From the NCBI GenBank assembly GCA_039545335.1, contig BCIN01000001.1:2855136-2919135 (forward strand): DNA of 64,000 bases. Reading direction: 5' to 3'. Source of the DNA: Kondoa subrosea. Taxonomy: Eukaryota. This document shows positions 56,539 to 64,000 of this stretch, one piece after another. The position numbers were made by a program, and so were the translations under genes. Numbering within the stretch: position 1 is the stretch's first letter; the number at the start of each line of letters is the position of its first letter. The notes below the pieces were generated by a model, which was not told where the DNA came from, ran no database searches, and was given only the letters and a program-made list of their open reading frames with translations.

Positions 56539-57773
56539 ATGAGTACCTCAACGCAGCCATTGGTGGAAGATCCACCAGAACAAGCCTTGCCAGGAGATAT
56601 CGACGCATTGCAAGTTTCCTTTGATTCATTTTTGGCTCTGCTTCAAGCTCCAGGATCAAGCACAGAAGACATTCTTCGCGGCGCTCTGAATGGCCTGATC
56701 ACTTCTGCCCAAGCTGCGACAGCCGTAGCTGTCAATTCGTTGCCAAATGATAGAAGAGCATCACATGATACAAGATCAGGTTCTTTGCCTTCAAGCGGAG
56801 CAGGCGCAGCTCTCGGGCTTCGACTAGGCAACGAGTTGCGAGCGGGAATCGAAGGTTTCCTGGAAGCTTTGCTCGGCGAGCAACTTGCGCAGCCGTCAGA
56901 CAGGCCAAGGCGAAACAGAGGTGACAGGCATCGGCACGATGACTATCCTGTGAGTTTTTGCCTCTCTTCACTCGAATGCTGCTGAAGATCTTGTTTAGCC
57001 TGGGACGGCCAGAGGGCACCATGTTGGTCAAATGCTTTCCGACTCTGCTTGTTTGATCGCGTATCTTTGCAGTTCTGGAGACATGTTCCTGCACCTCATC
57101 ACCCTCCTCCTCCTCCTCCACGGCTGCATCATGTAAGTGCTTCTCCTGGTTGAGTTATCTTCATTAATTCTATTTTAGTTCTGGGGACCTCCTCCAGTAA
57201 GTATTCGTGATTTTTACATCGCATCATGTCTGATGAGCTGTCAGCCGCATTACTGGGGACCACCTCCGGTAAGCCATCGATACACCAGTCAGGGTTTGAC
57301 ATCTCATTTCCAATTCAGCCTTGGGCAAGAAGTCCGCCTCACAGTCATCGGCCTGGAAGGCATTCACCTCCCAGCTCACCTCCTATATCTGATACAGAAG
57401 AAGAAGAAGAGGTAGTACAGCCGAATAGAAGATCTGGTCGTCAGGCTGATAACTCTGTACCACCGTGAGTTGGGCCGATTCTTTACTGTTTAAGCTAGTA
57501 CTTATCAGAGACGCGTTCAGACCATACCCTACTGGTCCAATGCATCACAATCATCCCCATTCAGGTCCTCCGCATATCAGGGGTGGAAGAGGAGGAAATG
57601 AACGAGGTGGACGAGGAAATCACCATCACCCACATGGGCCACCACCACATCATCATCACCATCATCATCCTCCCGGCAGAGGTCATGCACATCCACATCC
57701 GCCTGGCGCTTTCGAAATTTCTCGTACACACTCGGTCGAAGAAGATTGGAATTCAGATGATCAGCTGGACTAA
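56539..57773 (+). CDS. hypothetical His/Pro/Gly-rich protein with microexons
   Basis: Spliced ORF with repeated WGPPP exons and C-terminal HHHPHGPPPHHHHHHHPP tract. Confidence 0.65.
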
Positions 57774-57909
57774 ATCCACAGCTCAATACATTCGCCCGGT
57801 AAGAATACTATGGGTCGCACTGAAAGGTTTTGCATGATTTCATAATTTCACACTTAGTAATACTCCTTATTTGAGATAACCTAATAATTCGTAATAATGC
57901 ATGCATTGC

Positions 57910-59819
<1,910 letters not shown>

Positions 59820-60480
59820 GCTGGGTTTGGGAAAGAATTTAAAGCGCTTGAACCGAGGCAGCGACATACGAACTCCCAGATTCGATATATAGCGCTGTAG
59901 ACTATACCTAAGGCTGTCAATACGTCTGCTTCTCGGAAGACTTCCTTACTCGATGCACATTTTGTACTGTTCGGATGCTGAATCTAACATCTCGTTACCG
60001 ATATCTCCATGTCTGGGCTACTTGCTAGAGCTGCCCTTGCTCTGGACAGATGGATCCTCCCGAGGCTGTACCAGTTTTGCCTATGTTTCTCTTATTGGAA
60101 GAATTGGAATTTGGTGAATTCTGTATGCAATGGCAAACTCTGTTTGTAAAAGACATGTCCTCAGTCAGTGAACTAGACTTGTATCGCTTTCCCTTAACTG
60201 TGTTCTGGCTTTCGTCAAGAACAGAGGACTTAGATATCGCACGATCAGTGGTTGATCATCAAGATTGACTTCTAAGTTCTCATTCCTGGCTCATTTCATC
60301 CTTGAGTCGAGCCTAAATCTAAACATGATATATTTAGGACAGAAAGGAAACCGATGAAACGTAAACTATTTAGGTTTGAAAGGGAAGTGATCAAAACGAC
60401 GAAATTTCCTCTCTTGCTTCTCTTTCTGAATCACATACCTCTTCTCTTCTCTCATTCTTCTAACATCTAACAGAATCACT

Positions 60481-61619
60481 ATGTCCAACACCGCTCACAA
60501 CTTCGTTTGGACGTGGGAAATCATTGACCAACGAAAACAGCAAGCTCTGAACAAAATCAGACAAGGCATAAACCAACCCTCAAGTTCTTCCCTCTATCAG
60601 AAGTTGAAGATCAGAGATGAAGTTCGTCAAGCATGCGAAGGTTTCTTCGGAGCTATCGCAAGTCATTTTGATCAAATTGTGAAGGTCAGATCCCATCTAC
60701 TACGGCAGATTTCAGAGGATGATGTTTAGCATAGCGCCACACACCTGCAGAGGTCATCGAAGAAGTCAAAGCGTACATTAAGCAGCTCAAGCCCGTCCAC
60801 GATAAGCTCCAACAACTACACGCGCATCAGGTCGCAACCTTCCACCCTGTGCTTTTGTATTTCTGGCAAATGCTTGGCGATGACGATAAAGTCTGGCAGA
60901 AAGAAGTTTGGGCTAAAGCAAAGCAGTGGCAGGAGCTCGCGCCCACTCCCTCAACTGGTATCTTTGGTCATACATTGCCACCGTGGATCGATATTCATGC
61001 TATTCGTAGTAAGCTCGCTATTGCGCATACCAATTGTGCCATTGCTCATGCAATAGCTGCGAATAGGAGCACACCCAGAGCACGTGCTAGAAAATGTACG
61101 ATGGCTTAATCACACTTTTGACATCGGAAAGAAGGACCAGGATATCCCTTTCTACCGTCTTCTGCGCCAAACATCATCCAAAATCCGAACAGGCGAGTCG
61201 GAAGACGAACATACGGCCACAGCCAGAACTGAAATTTTCGGTCCTATGATCACGGTCGTGATTCGTTTACTAGAAGAAGAGTATCATCATCAGCAGGAAT
61301 CAAGTAGAGAATCCGTGAGGCTTGGCATAGATGTCACTGCACCATCTAATCCAAATCAAACCTTTAACAGTTCAGGAAAGCAGTCATCGAATTTCTAGGT
61401 CGATTGGCAACCGCACTTCATTGGAACCATGACTGGACAACTGGCGAGACATCAGAAACTGGACGAGAGCGTGAGAGGCTGCGCGAATCTGTGCAACCGT
61501 TAGTGACTATGCTGAAACATCAACAAGCTTGGGACGGCGCAGGAGCTCTCTTTAAAGTCACGATGGAATTGAATAAGATGGAAGAGTGGTACAGGCCTGA
61601 GCTTAGGAGTAACGCTTAG
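60481..61619 (+). CDS. hypothetical protein, multi-exon, structure uncertain
   Basis: Chain of + strand ORFs separated by putative short introns; no family recognised. Confidence 0.5.
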
Positions 61620-61672
61620 AGTGACCAATCTCATGACCCTATACATGCATTTCAATCTCTTTTTAGACTTGT

Positions 61673-63161
61673 CTAGCATATCTTCCTTCCCACTGCGTTT
61701 GGGTTCTGTGACAAATCTCATCAGCTGCATTGAGTTAGAGCGATCTACATAAACTCACCTTCCTTCCCATACCAACAACAGGCATTCCATCTCTCCCAAC
61801 TCTAACTCCTCTCCCCCTCGTCTTCCTACCTTTTTCTCCTAGAAGCATGACAGGTTGCCAATCCACATCCACTTTCCCTCTCTCCAATTCTTTCGCAGCC
61901 AACTTCTCTTCCTTCCTTCTCTGAATCTCATACCTTTGCTGACCTTTCAAATATTCTTTCTGATCAGGTCTTAGTATGAGCGTATCTTCACCAGATCGTT
62001 TACTCGCTCCAGAGGATGATAAAGGTGAAGGCAAAGCGTATATAGTTCCTCGGTTGTGGTATTGAAAATTAGATTTCAAGTGTAAGATGTACCCTTTTGG
62101 ATGTTCGGGTGTAGGTTGAGGTAAGTAGGTTATTGAAGTTCGAAGAAGAGTTGAGTTTCCACACGAAGGGCAGAATTTCTCTATTGGGTTTTTGCAGAGC
62201 CTGATATCGAATAGATCAGTTTGAGGAACGAATTGGAGAAGAGGAGGAAGAACATACTTGTAACATGCATGGCATCTCAATACCCAAGTACGGACGTTTC
62301 TCACTTTCAATCCATTCACACCAACAATGTTCAACCCCATTTGTAGACCAACGTTCTGCATCGCGAAATCACCAGTAATACAGGCTGCTTCCATTTGCTG
62401 TGCAGAAGAAGAAGAAGATCCAGTCAGAGGAGCAGAAGAGATGAGACCTGTATCTTTTGCTCGATGTGTCGTTAGATTGGACGGAGTGATCCATTCTCCT
62501 TCATCGGAATCTGAATCGCTTTCTTCTGCTTTTTGAGTGACTTTGGTAGGTACTTCAGTCCATTCATCCTCTCCTGTTTCTTCAGCTTGTTCTTGCGAGA
62601 CTTGTTCAGGTTGAGAAGAATGTTCCTGTTCTTGTTGCAGATTCAATTGCTCTACTTTCTCTTGAACCTGATCAATATCCTCTTCAGCTTTCCTCTTCAG
62701 TCTAGCTTCCCTTTTCAACTTGGCTATCCTTTCCTTTTCCAACTCGAATTCAGTTTTCGCACCAGGACTTGAACGAATTCGTTTTGTTCCATTTGCTTCC
62801 ACTTCAACCGTATAAAGTAGAGCAAGTATTTGTAAATCCGTAGAAGATAATACAGCTATATCACCCGTTTTCCTAGCAAAGGCAGTAACTATTTCACTCC
62901 TCACATCAACTATTCTGTCATGGATTCATGCAATGAAAAGCACGAACCTTTTGCTACTGAATCAGCAGTAGGTGTTTTCACTTTCAAACCACCACCTTCA
63001 ACTAAAGACCAAGCTTGTAAAGCAGTTCGAGATTTTTCATCCCTGATTTCATCCAATACAGATTTCGTAGTCACAAAGTTATGAGCTAGAGTTTTTAAAG
63101 TCGATACTGGACATGTAAGGAGTGGAGCAGAATCTAGGACTAGAGTGTCTATGGAAGGCAT
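61673..63161 (-). CDS. NOB1: 20S pre-rRNA D-site endonuclease Nob1
   Basis: PIN domain LVLDSAPLL, FARKTGDIAVLSSTDL, GEWITPSN, TGDFAMQNV, Zn ribbon LRCHAC...FCPSCGN. Confidence 0.96.
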
Positions 63162-63348
63162 TGCAGTGACAGAAAAATATAATCGGTTGAGGGAAGAGTG
63201 CAGCTGTTGGGTTATTATAGCTTGAGGAACAGTAGGGATATCACAGCAAGGTATAGAAGGGGCTATAGCTCGGGATATAAAGGCAGCAGTCCGTCGAACA
63301 AGATCAAGTCAGCTCGGATTCAAGCTTGGAGCCTTACCATTACTCAAC

Positions 63349-64000
63349 ATGTCTAGTTTCCCAGAAGTGAGCTCTGATACGTCCTCTGAAGACCTTACAT
63401 AGGCTTATACGCTCACGGCACAGCTCGACGACTTTGATTCTGGTTTCAATGGCCAATCCGCAACCACCCAATCTGACTTCCTTTCACGCGAAAGAGAACT
63501 CTTAGGTGAAGATGCCGACGCATTCGGAGCACCTCCTTCACTTCCAAATCAAGCAGACGATGAATTTGGCGGATTCGGAGACTCAGCTGGAGATTCAAAG
63601 CAGCAGCAAGATAGATTCGATGTTTCTGCCTTCGAACGTGATTCTGCTAAACCTGTCAAGCAAGAAATCAACGTTACTGGTACTGATGAAGTATCAGCTT
63701 TCGAGAACCAGTTTCCAGATATTCAACCTGAGCCTCAACCGAATTATAATGTCAGTCCTGGAAGACCTGCTTTCAGCGTGCGCTGATAGGTCGGATCCAC
63801 GGGTGACAGAACGGCTTTGACGCGCAGCCTCAGCAGCAGCAGAATTATCCACCTACTACTCAATCCCTCTTCCCCGCTATGAGCAATCAAGTACAAGAAG
63901 AAGAATCTGAAGCTATTCGGTTCATTCTCCCTCTTTTTACTCTCCTATTACAATCACTGATTTTCGTGAATTAGATCATGGCGCGAAAAACAGAGCACAG
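63349..64000 (+). CDS. CLC1: clathrin light chain, 3'-truncated by window edge
   Basis: MSSFPE/LDDF, DFLSRERELLGEDADAF, FENQFPDI, EEESEAIR/SWREKQ. Confidence 0.9.

Overview
Very compact, intron-rich fungal genomic DNA, most likely a basidiomycete (inferred from ~50-60 nt GT-AG introns and the gene families present). About 27 protein genes are supportable. Recognisable ones are KCH1-like, a class I/II aminotransferase, a BAH-PHD reader, LIP3, NDUFAF3, RRN3, RTP1, an NF1/IRA RasGAP, C1D, NVJ2, KOG1/Raptor, mL40, an F-box protein, an ABCC transporter, bleomycin hydrolase, a CFEM protein, RAD51, a sugar porter, MAP2, NOB1 and CLC1. The main discovery is a minus-strand tRNA-Pro(CGG) gene at 38265-38479 broken into four exons. 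It carries two mRNA-type (GT...branch...AG, 55 and 54 nt) spliceosomal-looking introns in the D-arm region plus a canonical 34-nt tRNA intron at 37/38. Removing all three yields a full 72-nt cloverleaf followed by a T5 terminator. Secondary points are a candidate spliced ORF-less RNA (~2.8-4.1 kb), a tightly packed co-oriented four-gene run, and an unannotated 5-exon microprotein. All gene models were read by eye; outer coordinates include introns and some boundaries are approximate.
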